A stretch of DNA of 64,000 nucleotides. It comes from Saccostrea cucullata. Lineage: Eukaryota. The stretch lies in assembly GCF_032062105.1 (NCBI RefSeq), contig NW_026928801.1, positions 1 to 64,000 on the forward strand, in the 5' to 3' direction. Positions 51,200 through 64,000 of this stretch are shown piece by piece (positions within the stretch are counted from its first letter, which is position 1; every line of letters starts with the position of its first letter). The notes below the pieces were generated by a model. The model was not told where the DNA came from, did not search any database, and was given only the letters and a program-made list of their open reading frames with translations. The position numbers and the translations under genes were made by a program.

Positions 51200-54100
51200 T
51201 TAGAATTTCCTTTTTCTTTGTTTCGTTGACGAATGATACAATTGTTTTAACAACTGTAATATATTATTTGAAGGTTCCCAAGTAGGCTGTGACCCATCTG
51301 CCCATTTCACCAAATAATATCGTTTATTACTCATCCATTTCGACAATTTTTCTACCGTGTGCCATTCATCTTTATTCTGTTTCTTTTGGCTTTGCGCGTT
51401 TTCTCTATTAACATTTGCATTGTTTTGTCTTTGGGGATTTTGCGCTTCCGGGGGCGGACGATAATCCCTTGGGTCTTTGTACAATCTTAATCTATTTGCA
51501 TGCACTGATGCTTTTAATTCAACATGGTCGTTTGACCTCCTTAAACTAAACGAATGGTTCGGATTTACCTTAATTATATAATAAGGACCTTCCCATTTAG
51601 GCTCTAATTTATGTTTTCTTCCTGGAGTTCTTTTCATAACTTTTAATAAAACTTCATCTCGTATTTTGAATTGCGGTTCTTTTGTTTTCTGATCATATCA
51701 TTTCCTTTTTTTCTCTTGAACTTTACTCACATTTTTCTTTGCAAGTTCCTGTACTATTTTCACTTTGTTTAATAAAGCATCAAAATACTCTTTTGGTGCT
51801 TTTTCCAAAACTTCCTTGGGGATCAATGAAATATCAATGGGTAATGTCATTTCTTTCCCAAACAACATGTAATAAGGGGAGTACCCTGTCGACTGGGGTG
51901 ATGGACTCATTCTGAAGGCCATCATTACACTGGGTAAAATATCTTCCCATGCATCCTGATTTTTCTGGCAATACGCTCTGAGTGACTGAGCTAGTGTAGA
52001 ATTGATTCATTCGCATGCCACATTACTCTGTGGATGATATGAACTAGTGACGTGCCGTGTCACCTGAAATATTTTACACAAAGCTTGGACTACTTTTGAC
52101 ATAAAATTTTGTCCTCTATCGCTGACCAACGTACGTGGAGCCCCGTATCTTGTAAATATTTCCTTGTACAATAAATGTGCAACCTCTGTTGCCTCTTGTG
52201 TTTTCATAGGTAGTGCCTCTGACCAATGTGATAATGAATCTGTAACCAATAAAATATATTGGTACCCTTGCTTTGTTTTTGGCAAACCTGCCAATATATC
52301 CATATGCCATCGGGCAAATGTCCCTTCTACCGGTAATGGGTGTAACGGTGCGGCCCTACTTGCTGTATCCCGTTTTACCCTTTGACAAACATCACATGAC
52401 GTAACATAGTCATACACATTTTGATACATCCCTGGCCAAAAACACTTTTGCTTTATTGCCAAATAAGTTCGTTATACCCCCAAGTGACATCCACCTGCTA
52501 ATGAATCATGATAAGATTTCAGAACATCATTTATGAAAGACTGGGGACATGCCAATTGTTTAATCATTGCTTCTGGGTTTGATTTATTCTTGGACCTTGG
52601 TTGAAAAATATGAAACAAGATGCCTTGTACCAATTCATATTGATTTGCTTCATATGGGATTGCCTTCGCTCTTTTCGGTTCATTCGGAAGCGTGCCATCT
52701 TGTAAATATTTGTACATATGTTTAAAATACGGACAATTTTGTTGTTCCTGTTTAATTTGTTCATTCTTATTTCCTTCATTGTTATTTTGTTTTTCCCTTT
52801 CTGCTAAAGTGTCATTCATTTCCAAGATATGGTGTTGATTGTCATTTGGAAAAATAAATGTAACCTCTGTTATTTCATGTGGAATTATATCATCATCATC
52901 TTGTTCAGGAGTTTTAGCTTGTTTTGAATAAGGCCTTCTAGACAGTGCATCGCAATTTTGATGTTTTATTCCTGGTCGATGTTTTACTTCAAAGGAATAT
53001 TCTTGTAATTTTAATGTCCATCTTATAAGTCTCGCATTTGTGTGTTTGATAGTCTTTAACCAAGTTAATGCCTTATGGTCAGTGTAGACCAGAAATTTAT
53101 TGTTTAACAAATATACACGAATATGCGCTATTGCTGACACCAACGCGAGCATTTCTTGTTCAGTCACGGAATATGCTTTTTCATACTTATTTAGAGCTCT
53201 TCCTCCGTATGCAATTGCATGTTCTTTATTATCATCTCCCATTTGAGATAAAACATATCCGATAGCCATTCCTGACGCGTCACATGACAATATAAATGGT
53301 TTTTGAAAATCTGGGTAGGCTAAAACTGGTGTTGTTGTTAAGGCTCGTTTAAGTGTATCAAAAGCAATTTGACAATCTTTGGTCCATTTGAAAGGAGTAT
53401 CTTTTGTTAATAACCTATTTAAAGGCAATGCAATTTTTGAGTACCCTTTTACAAATTTTCGATAATAATTCGCTTATCCGAGAAAACTGCGAATATCATA
53501 ATATCATGCTGATTTTGTGGCAATGGAAATGACTGAACCGCGTCAACTTTTGAAGGGTCTACTTTTATTCCCTCAGTAGATATTATATGACCCAGATATG
53601 TAACCTCCGGTTTTGCTAATGAACACTTTTTCGGTTTTAAAGTCAGGTTTGCTTGTCGTAAACGATCAAAAATCAAATTAAGATGTTTCAAATGATTTTC
53701 AAAATTATCTGACCAAACAATGATATCATCGATGTAAACCAAACAATGTTTCCACGTAAGACCTTTAAGAACCATATTCATGAGCATTTGAAAAGTTGCT
53801 GGGGCATTGACAAGACCAAACGGCATCCTTTTGAATTGGTATAAATTATCATGCGTAATGAACGCAGTTTTGTGTTTTGTATTTTCATCTAAAGCGACTT
53901 GCCAATAGCCAGACGCCAAGTCCAAAGTAGAAAATATTTTTGCTTTGTTTTGTCCAATAGCATCAAAAACGTCTTCCAAGCGCACTGATGGAAACGTTTG
54001 AACTGGTGTTATTGCGTTTAATTTTCGATAATCAATTGCAAATCTGTATTCATTATTTAGTTTTTTCACTAACACGACTGGTGACGCAAAAGAAGACGTA

Positions 54101-56124
54101 CTCTCTTCAATTATGTCATGTTTAAGCATTTCATAAATTTGTTTTTCAATTTCTTTCTTAGCCTTTGTAGACGTACGATATGGTTGGGATCTTACTGGCT
54201 TATCATCTTCAGTGACAATTGAATGACGGAAAACATTACACTTGCCCAATTCTGATAAATTGTTTGCAAATACATCACTGTTTTTATTTATAAATATTTG
54301 AAAAATTTCTTTCTCTTTCTCAGATAGAATGGAAGATGATAAATCCAGAGATACTAATTTTTCCTGAGATACTGATTTTTTTTTTTTTGAGGCAATTTTC
54401 GCGTTTTGTTTAATATCCAAAGAAAATATATTCGCGTCATCAATGGGATTCACGGAAGCTATAATTGTTCCAGCAGGAATGTTTATTCCATCCTTGGTCG
54501 TATTCGTAACCTGCATAAACACCTGTCTCGGTTTATTTATGACCACACATTTTGCAACCGCAAGATCTGTCCGTTTAGTAGCCTTTGGTTCTAATAGCAC
54601 CGTGGCTTTGTATTTAGTACGGGATAATCTAACAGGCATGTTTATCATAGAGTCTGGAAGAATGGTCATTGATTTAGCAACTCTTGCCAATCCTAGCTTA
54701 AAATTGATAACATTGATATGAGCTGAATATTCTTGCAAGTGCAAAGTTCTTGAGCCCCAATCTAAACATGCATTTTGTTGTTTCATAAAGTCAGTACCTA
54801 GAATGACCGGATGGTACAATGCTTCAATAATATGGAATGTATGACTTAAACTGATACCTCCAATTTTTATTTGTAAGTCAACTTTTCCATTTACCGGATG
54901 TGACGTTCCCCCTGCCCCGGTTATATTGGATATTTCTGAAACTTTAATCCGCTTTTTCTGAGTTTTCAATTTGCTCAAAACCTGTGAATTGATAGCAGAA
55001 ATAGACGATCTGGTATCTAGAAGCGCATTGAATTTGAAATGCTCCATAAAAACAGGGACATAACATTTGTCTGCAAAACTGATCAACGCCTCTATTGTTT
55101 CACTCTTTTGCTTGCCCTTATTGTGTACAGTACACCTTTTATTTATTTGTTTATTTTTCATTTTGTAAGAGACGGCCGCGAATCCTCGTTTGCGGTTCCT
55201 TGTTTGTCTACATGCTCTTGAAAAATGACCAAATTTTTGACACGTATTACACACAACATCTCTAGCTGGACACATTGTTCTGTTCATGCACATTCCTAAA
55301 CAAAAATTACATGCAGGGAAATTCATGCGTTGCATTGGTGAATTAGTAGGATTATTACTACTTCTACTCTGCATATTAGTAAACGTATGTTGTCGTGGGA
55401 TCCGATAATGTTTTTGCTGTCTAGTTTGTAGTGCATATTTTCTGTTACGTGTATGCATTGTTGTGTACTTTTGTGTCCTGGGTAGAAATGTCTGCACGAA
55501 TGGTTGTTTTTGTTGTTGTGCATTTTGTGGTTGCTCATGAAATTTTTCAGGAAAATTTTGAATGTCGGAATTAATTTTTATCTTTTGAATTTCATCTTTA
55601 ACATTCTTTAAGTCTGCCAACAGATTTTCCAAAGTGTTAATTTGACATGTTTTTGATTTCTCTGCCAACATTGCAATTGCCTTAATTTGTCCATCGTTTG
55701 AGGATTGTGTGTTGCTACAAAAGGTTTAATATCATTTATTAATCCGTTCATAGCAACAGACAATAAGACATTTTCCGGGATATTTTTAATTGAAGCATTT
55801 TTGATAAGTCTTGTTAAGAAATCTTCAACTGATTCTGTAACATTTTGTCTCATTTGCAGTACCGACAAATCTAAACAATTGTCAAACTCTCTGAATCTTT
55901 CCTGAAACAAAGTTTTAATGATATCTGGATTTGACTTTTGTTCAAAAAGTAGCGAATCATACCAAACTTTTGCATGGCCTTCTAAATGGAAGGGAAACGC
56001 ATCAACAATCTTGTTATCAGATAAATCATACAATCGTGCCCATTGAAAAAAAAATTGTCAACCACAGAACAACATTTTGACTACCATCACCTTTAAATTT
56101 TTCAAGTTTTATAGGATTAGACAT
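51200..56124 (-). pseudogene. gag-pol polyprotein, broken by several frameshifts and stops
   Basis: Gag MSNPIKLEKFKGDG..AKVWYDSL; knuckle CNTCQKFGHFSRAC; protease ALLDTRS (DTG mutated); RT LDLASGYWQ, MPFGL, YIDD; RNase H CDASG, YTDHKAL; integrase H..H..CDVC, WHMD, VSDRG, GPY; chromodomain YYLVKW..TWEPSNNI. Confidence 0.93.
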
Positions 56125-56662
56125 ATTTGAAAAAAAATTATGTCCTACCTGTCCATTTTTTTCTTCAGTCTTTTGAATAAAAATATCTGTCCTTGAATGA
56201 CGAGTTTCCTGGCTGTGTCGGACATTTCCTCTTACCAGTACTGCGCTATAGCAATTGTCCAAAACGACTTATAGTTTGTGTACCCAACTACAAGAAGACG
56301 GAATGACACTGGACATCGTACGATTAGCACTAAAGTTTGTAGTTCTCACAGCCCATCGAGTCGGTCGAAGAGCGCTCGAATTCAGTTTTTTTTTTAAGAT
56401 CAACAGCTAGCCACTGTCGCATTGCACGTCAGGCTTCCCCTGGAAGTAACACAAGTTCCTCTGCTCACCAAAGGATATGTGATTTTTACGCGTAGTCCTA
56501 ATGAAGCAGTTAACTGCTTGCATATTTGTGTACGTACTCCTAGGAATCACTGCAACTATTTTGTTACTTTATAAGTCCCAAATGACACTGGATGAAATTT
56601 AACTGTGGTTATTAACAGCTAGTCCCGTTTTTTTCTCCATGTAATGTATTTTCTCCACCACT

Positions 56663-57584
56663 TTTCGTAACAATTCAAATGTTCTTGTGGGGAAATTTTT
56701 GTTTTTCGGATTTCTGTTAGTTTTGTGAATTTGTTTTTGGGTTTTCTATATTATGCGTCTGGTTACTGGATCTGATTGTAAACTCCCGGGATCGTTCGCT
56801 TTTCCGCATGTGAGAGGTTTGAAGGGCCAGGGAAAACCTTTCTCCAATTCCCTGGTCCTGACCAGACAAAGTTTATCCGATTCGCAATGTCCCAGTTTAC
56901 ATTTTATCTCCCTCGGATTTATTTATTCTCTTCCTGCATGTTCAGCGCATTACAGGTTATGGGGAGTGGCGATCTTACCCAACCTGTATAAAATGCTACC
57001 AAGACGGTCAAGATTCAGCTTTCCACTCTTTATTATAGTAAACAATCTATTTCTAATATTTATAATTTCAATAAATAATTTTACAAAATATACTAAACTT
57101 TATTAGAAATATAACTACTTATAATATAAAAAAAACTTAACTTGTAAATAAAATAAGCCATGTGAAAATTTAAATAATGTTAACCAAAACCCGCGCAAGT
57201 CTACAAAATAATCTCACCTGTATAAATGCAACCAGAAAGAGACAAAATTCAGCTTTCCACTGCCGAATTGTCCTACTAAGCTACATTTATACTCCCGTAC
57301 ATGTCCTGCATATTTTAATGTTTCTTTAATTACTTTTATCCTTAGAGCTCGCGTTCGTTATCTTTGTCCGACTAAATGATTTATCTCTGGGAACCATCCA
57401 GATTAAAGTTAAGCTCCCATCGGTCTGCATCTTTAATTTCTTTTAACCAAATCCATCTTTTCATATACCAGTAAGTAGATTTATTGTATCCTCTGCGCTC
57501 GTATCTGCTATCTCTCTAAGCCGAATAGTGCAAATCCATAAAATATATTAGAATTTTATTTTTACTGCAAATGTTGTTATGATA
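56663..57584 (-). repeat. 5' LTR (extent inferred from terminal inverted motif and PBS)
   Basis: Minus strand starts TATCATAACAA and ends TTGTTACGAAA (9/11 inverted match). It is followed by AG and then the PBS TGGTGGAGAA. Confidence 0.7.
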
Positions 57585-59825
57585 CTATTTACATGTAGCA
57601 GAATATGCTCCCTAAGACAATTCACATACTTTCTGGTAAGATCGAATCTACTATTCATACACATTGATGGAAATGACCTGGTCTGCAGCACTCCGAACAT
57701 TTCGCAGTTGGTTAAAGCTATTATTTATTGCATATGCGCAAAATTTAACGCATGGTTTAACCAATCAAAATTCGCCAAATTCTCAGACGGGGCCCTAGAT
57801 GCTCGACTGCTTACTTCAACACTAATGTTTGGATGCGTACAAGGAACTTGCTTCAGCCTGTGATCGCCTTTCATCTCTTTCTGGAAACACCGTGGATTTT
57901 GGGCCTCAGTGGATGAAAATGCACCAGGAAGTATCTTTAAAGCATTAAATCTGCCATTTCTGCATGTTTCTAAAAATATTTAGATGGGGATTTTTTCTTG
58001 TTTATATTGCACTCTAATTTGACCCCTTAATCTCACATTTTAAAGTGTTATTAATGTGTTAAAAATAAATAAATAAATAGATATTAAAATAAATAAATAA
58101 TAGGATATATTTTTGATATACAGCTTACATCCACCTCTTACTCGTGTAATTGATATAAAACACTATACAGTATGTAACGACCCTAGCTAAAAATTTGTTG
58201 TTTTGTTGTTGGGAAATTGTACACAAATTCTATGTCATTGGAGAGAGCTTTCATAAAACTTTTATTTCTTAAAGATATCTTAATTAGGTAAAGTCATAGC
58301 AGTTTAAAGTTGCAAAATTTCAGTCGTTTTCTGGAATTTCTTGCTACATGAAGGATAGGGGTCAAGGCGTTTGCCATTGGGCCCAATCGCATATCAGAGA
58401 GTAGTCATTTCCATCTAATTAATTTTTTACAAAAAAAAAAAAAACAAAAATCTTGGTACTATGTCAGGAAAGTTTTGCTCTTTCTGATTCTGCTTATCTT
58501 TAATTATCTCTCTCTGAGACTCATGGCATGCATGCAGGGAAAAGACATTATTGTTTAAAATTTTCATAGTTTTATTAGAAAAACACACATATGGTGACAT
58601 CCATGTTATCTTGAGAGTTTGACAAGTCAGCTGATTATTAGTCTCAAAACAACAGCAGTTTTATGGACTTTTTGATCTTGAATACTGTATGTTATCTTCA
58701 TAGGTTTCATGGAATCATATGAAATTACAATTTATTTTAAATAAATAAAGGGAGAAAAAAAATTCTTCTAAAAATATTAATAAAATCTTTTAAATACTGC
58801 TATGGAATCTTTAAAAAAAAAATTAAATAAATAAATAAGTAAATAATGATACTAACCTAGGACTGTATCCCTAATCCCAAGAGAAGTGTGTAAATAATTT
58901 AAATAATTTCTCTAAAATTGTATGAAATCTGTGTTACAAAATAATTCTCATACTGATCATTTGTTAATTTCTATAAAACCTGTCTCTAAATTAAAAATAA
59001 TTATCCTTTAAATATAGGCTTAGATCATACAATCAAATTTGACTAGGACTTTCATTTAAAAATTTAGAAAAACAGATTCCTTGTTTATATGCATGCTTTG
59101 TATTTTAGAGGCATTCAAATAGTTTACATTATATATTTTGCATTTTTGTTTATGTGATATTAAAATAACCGAAACATAAATTTATGATATTTTTTAACAT
59201 CTGAGGAATATACTCATTAGGGAAATCACTCGCTCAACATAATGAATACGCTTATTTTTAAAAATCTCTTTAATATATGTTTTAAGTATTCAATGATGGT
59301 GCCAAATATGCAGAATTTTTAGGTAAATCATGTATTCGAAAGCCTTAGTAATTACGAAATGTTAAATTACATAATTCCGTCTGGTGAGGCCTGAACATTT
59401 ATCAATGAGTTTGACCGTTAGGTTAAATTGCGGTTGGCCAAAGGTTAAAGCACAAGTTTGAAACTTATATCAATTCAACTTTCACATTTATTACAACTTC
59501 CATGTTGCAAAAAGATATAACGATCTGATTGTTTGGAAAATTTCATTCATTTTTATTTTTTTAAAACCTCTTGCATTTTAGATCTCGTGAATCTTCAATA
59601 CATTTGTATGAATAATTAAACTTAAGAATATGCACAAAGATGAAAAGTTAAGTTTAGTTTATCCGCTTTCCAAAAATGTAAGTTTTTTGTTTCCCACAAT
59701 GATATAATTTTTGTTGTTGTTGTTTTTGTTTTAAGATGTTAAAATGAATTTTGTTTCGATTCTTTAATGCACACGGTGATCATCTCAGGTCGCTACTATG
59801 TGTGTTATGAATTCATTTTAATACA

Positions 59826-60640
59826 ATCTATTTTGAGTTTGTGTTCAATTCTTGCAAGTTTGTGCTTGCTTTGCCATGATATTCATAGCGAGTTTGTGTT
59901 CGCATAAGTATGGCAGAATCTATCTTTGAGTTTGTGCTCAATTCATGCAAGTTTGTGCTAGCTTTGCCATGATATTCATAGCGAGTTTGTGCTCGCATTA
60001 ATATGGCAGAATCTATTTTGAGTTTGTGCTCAATTCTTGCAAGTTTGTGCTTGCTTTGCCATGATATTCATAGCTAGTTTGCTGCTTGCATTAATATGGC
60101 AGAATCTATTTTGAGTTTGTGCTCATTTCTTGCAAGTTTGTGCTTGCTTTGCCATGATATTCATAGCGAGTTTGCTGCTCGCATTAATATGGCAGAATCT
60201 ATTTTGAGTTTGTGCTCAATTCATGCAAGTTTGTGCTTGCTTTGCCATGATATTCATAGCGAGTTTGCTGCTCGCATTAATATGGCAGAATCTATTTTGA
60301 GTTTGTGCTCAATTCATGCAAGTTTGTGCTTGCTTACATCTTTGCGAGTTTGTGCTCGCATTGATATGGCAGATTCCATTATTGAGTTTGTGCTCAATTC
60401 ATGTAAGTATGTGCATGCCTTTCTATTACATCTTTGCGAGTTTGTGCATGTATTGGTATGGCAGAATTAATTGTTTGTGCTCAATTCATGTAAGTATGTG
60501 CTTGCTTTTTCATTACATCTTTGGGAGTTTGTATTTGTGTTGGTATGGCAGATTTTATTATTGAGTTTGTGCTCAATTCATGTAAGTTTGTGCTTGCTTT
60601 GTCATTACAACTTTGTGAGTTTGTGCTCGCATTAATAAGT
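59826..60640. repeat. 93-bp satellite array (~9 units)
   Basis: ATCTATTTTGAGTTTGTGCTCAATTC recurs at 60011, 60104, 60197 and 60290, decaying at the right edge. It is the source of the 31-aa repeat ORF 60096-60470. Confidence 0.93.
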
Positions 60641-61434
60641 TATTTGATAGCTACATTCTGCTCATATTGGGAGTATGTGCTTACTCTTTGCTTTTAAAGA
60701 AAATGGTTGTTTACTACTACGCACTGCGAGTCTGTGCTCGCATTGTAGTACTTGCATGTTTTTGTAACTTTTTATATGGTGTGGTAAATCTATTTATATG
60801 AGTATGTGCTCTCTATTATGTTTACAGTTGGAGATCCTTTCTTTACAACTACATAGCTTTTTGTTTCAGTATCTACAGTGGTACACTAATTTTAAATTGA
60901 GCTTTATTATTGATTTCAACTACCACAATATTCAGTTATCAATTGTAGTGTGAATATTGAAAACTTTTTATTATATATATACATATACATGTAAAATACA
61001 AAGAAAATCTTTTCTCTAATGGGTACAACAATTAGGCTATTTTCTTTTGTTAATTTTTTTTCTATTCATTTGTCTACGCTTTGGCTGTGTTCCTCTCTTT
61101 TCAGACAATGCTGCCTAACTGGAGAAAGTCACCAGCACAGGCAAGTCCAGATATTTGCCTTCAGTCTCTCAAACGCAAGCAACCATTGAGGCCTATCAGC
61201 AGCTAATCCTGCAGACAACTTAAATATTCCGTCAGTCCAGAACACTTTATTTGGGGATAACAAGGGATTTTGAAAATTGGCAACAACCCCTACCCGAAAT
61301 TGTGTAATTCTTTATGGTGCAAGCAAGACTACACAATGCCAGTTTACAGACTCTCAAAGCTGCTGCTGACTCACCATCCCAAATTGTACAATTATTGTCT
61401 AGCCAGACTTTAAATGACTTCACATTAGCAGCTT

Positions 61435-61810
61435 CATTTGTCTGCCTGTTATCATTTCTGTTGCGTATATTTTAAACAGGGTCAGAATTTGTCTGCCTGT
61501 TTGTCAATATTGGATATTTCTACCAGGGTCAGAATTTGTCTGCCCGTTACCAATTCTTTATTGTATATACTCTAACAGGGTCAGAATTTGTCTGCCTGTT
61601 ACAATTATGTATTTTAAAATTTTTAACAGGGTCAGAATTTGTCTGCCTGTTATCTTTCTGTATTGTATATACTCTAACAGGGTCAGAATTTGTCTGCATG
61701 TTACAATTTTTGTATTTTATATTTTTTTAACAGGGTCAGAATTTGTCTGCCTGTTATCATTTCTGTATTGTATATACTCTAACAGGGTCAGAATCTGTCT
61801 GCCTGTTACC
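61435..61810. repeat. ~52-bp minisatellite (~8 units)
   Basis: AACAGGGTCAGAATTTGTCTGCCTGTTA at about 61474, 61523, 61574, 61625, 61676, 61729 and 61781. Confidence 0.92.
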
Positions 61811-63098
61811 ATTTTAGTATTAGAACTTTCCTGCATGTGGTAGAATAGCAGGAAAACATTGTATGATAGAAGTATTTTATTGGAAACACCTGTTTATGGT
61901 AGGCATGGCCAAAGGAAGGCCAATTACAAAGCAGTAATTTGTGAGGTGTTGGAGCATTCTCAGCCAGTGCTCCGCAGAACACGCTTGTGTTTTGTTTATA
62001 TCTATATTTGAATGAATATGTTTACATATATAATATACAATATTGTAATTTATGGTTTTGTTTTATTGTACATGTACATCTATGTGTTATTCATACCAAG
62101 CACTGCACTGAATGCACGTCCGGCATTCTCCTTTGAGACATTATTTACATAGCGACGGACACAGGTTTTCAATAGTTACTCATCTTTGGTTTTTTCCTGG
62201 GCGATTTTTAATGTCTTTGATAGGGATATATTGCATAGCATATAACATATATAGTTAACAAAAAATTACATCACTTCATTGATCACATACACATTAATGT
62301 ATGCCTTTGGTTACATGATTTGTGTTTAAAGTAATGCCAGCTGATCCCACAAAGCTAGCCTGGTTTACAGCAGAAGTGGTGTATTATTTGAGGAGTGTTG
62401 TATTATTTTAGGTGTAGTCTGTCAAATAATGTGGGAAGGTTACACTGTATATTTCTAAATTTGGTCAGAATTGGGTGCCTATGTCTCAAAACTTTAATGC
62501 ATTTGCAATGCATTAAGATTTGACATTCAGGTTTACCTTTGTACATATTTTTCAGCTTAAATCTTAGTAGGCATAGAAGTTGTAAGCCTGTTTCCATCTA
62601 ATTGTATAGATTCCCTTGATTTTCTGCAGGTTCATTCCTTGGCCTCTGAACTATGTAAATGTATCAAGGTTAGTTTTAAATGATTCACAATTTGTATGCC
62701 GTTATCTTATTGAATTGTTTACTTAATTTTATATACATTAGGGCGAGTTTCACCATCATTTGTAATTTTGTTGCTGATTTCCATCACTTGTTACTTTCTA
62801 TTCAGAATTTTGTGTTGGCCTTTTTATGTAAGGCCATGAGATATGAGTAATACCAATAGTGTTTACAAGCAAGAAGACTCTAACATGATAAGTGCATTGA
62901 AATCCTTCGAATTCATTTTCTGTGTACAGATCGAATGTTGCCCACGAGCGTTTGAGTAAATAATCTGTTTGTATGTGCATGATGTTCATTAGCTTTAAAT
63001 TCCAACCTTTTTTTTTTTACCAATTTAACATTTTATATCATACGTGTGGTTTTACCAAGGCAACATCTTGAGTGGTGCTTCAACCCGTTAGGTTGATG

Positions 63099-64000
63099 GC
63101 GCTTTTTATGCACCACTTTTGTTTCCAATAAAGTTTGTTGTTGTATTTTACCGCATTATCACATATGTATGTTGTAACAATATTGTGGCTGGGAGACCAC
63201 TGTTTTGTAATCATTTATTGAATTGCATTTCTGGTCAAGCTTTCCATTATTCTGTTATGCCTCCCAGCCAAATTATTTGGTAATTGTTTTTATAAATGGA
63301 TTTCATTTGTCGTCATTTAAATAAATGACAAGATCTTTACACTTAACATATCTTCTGTTATGTATTTTGGAAACAAACAGAGCTGCTATGTTGCCTTGGT
63401 CTGCCAGTAAAGTTTTAACATAAAATAAGGTTTATTTTCAAATAAAGCGATTTATGTTAAAAAATTCATTTATGTATTTTTATGGATGTCAATGTGTTTA
63501 TCTTTTTGTAATTTTACAAAACCTTTAATTTGTAAACCTGGTTCTTCCAGTGACCTAGTTTTACCGCGTCCATTAATTTTGTCAAGGCCTTAGCTGTTTT
63601 CTGCCAATCAGATTGACGCACAAGGCTTCCTATTTATATACGTCTTGTTTACTCGGAGTGCTGCCGCGTAATTTTTGTGAACAAAAGAGCAACCACCACC
63701 TCCACTCCATCCACCACATTTGTTTAATTAACCACATAATTTTATTTGTGTGTCCTGCAGCGCTTTTTATGCACCACTTTTGTTTCCAATAAAGTTTGTT
63801 GTTGTATTTTACCGCATTATCACATATGTGTGTTGTAACAATATTGTGGCTGGGAGACCACTGTTTTGTAATCATTTATTGAATTGCATTTCTGGTCAAG
63901 CTTTCCATTATTCTGTTATGTCTCCCAGCCAAATTCTTTGGTAATTGTTTTTATAAATGGATTTCATTTGTCGTCATTTAAATAAATGACAAGATCTTTA
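63099..64000 (+). repeat. Local direct duplication 63099-63339 / 63760-64000 (runs off window) bracketing the second 270-bp repeat copy
   Basis: Near-identical 241-bp blocks 661 bp apart. Confidence 0.9.

Larger units (their letters stand above)
48612..57584 (-). mobile_element. Full-length decayed Ty3/gypsy LTR retrotransposon with chromodomain integrase (left boundary uncertain)
   Basis: Direct repeats 48796-49419 and 56961-57584 (~20 differences by eye). PPT GTTAGTGGGGGGAAT next to 49419. PBS TGGTGGAGAA (rc of 56651-56660). Domain order gag-PR-RT-RH-IN. Confidence 0.92.

Noticed and set aside
60096-60470. 124-aa repeat ORF
   Set aside because: By-product of a 93-bp (3n) satellite.
59826-61810. 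Regular repeats (93 bp, 52 bp; also 91 bp at 35 kb) as CRISPR-like arrays
   Set aside because: Whole units repeat, with no unique spacers. There are no cas genes and the context is eukaryotic.

Overview
AT-rich, intron-containing eukaryotic DNA. The repeat families and gene types look like a bivalve, probably an oyster (inference). It is not prokaryotic: no operons, rRNA or CRISPR, and most ORFs in the track are spurious. Host genes form a small cluster of putative secreted, immune-like genes undergoing duplication and decay. One is an apparently intact spliced gene (~550 aa: signal peptide, coiled coil, Thr-rich linker, stand-alone IgGFc-binding/FCGBP N-terminal domain, 28741-31337) with a pseudogenised tandem paralog (37966-39392). 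There are also two copies of a tiny secreted Cys-rich EGF-like repeat gene (~17.0-17.6 kb and ~47.0-47.4 kb, minus strand, missed by the ORF track), both with lesions. The rest is dense, often nested mobile DNA: a complete, apparently intact Merlin/IS1595-type DNA transposon (44930-46444, 8-bp TSD); a full-length decayed Ty3/gypsy element with a chromodomain integrase and non-TG..CA LTR ends (~48.6-57.6 kb); an older gypsy remnant; tRNA-derived SINEs; a Penelope-like remnant; a Helentron/HINE-type element; a Sola3-like element; several MITEs, hairpin elements and local satellites.
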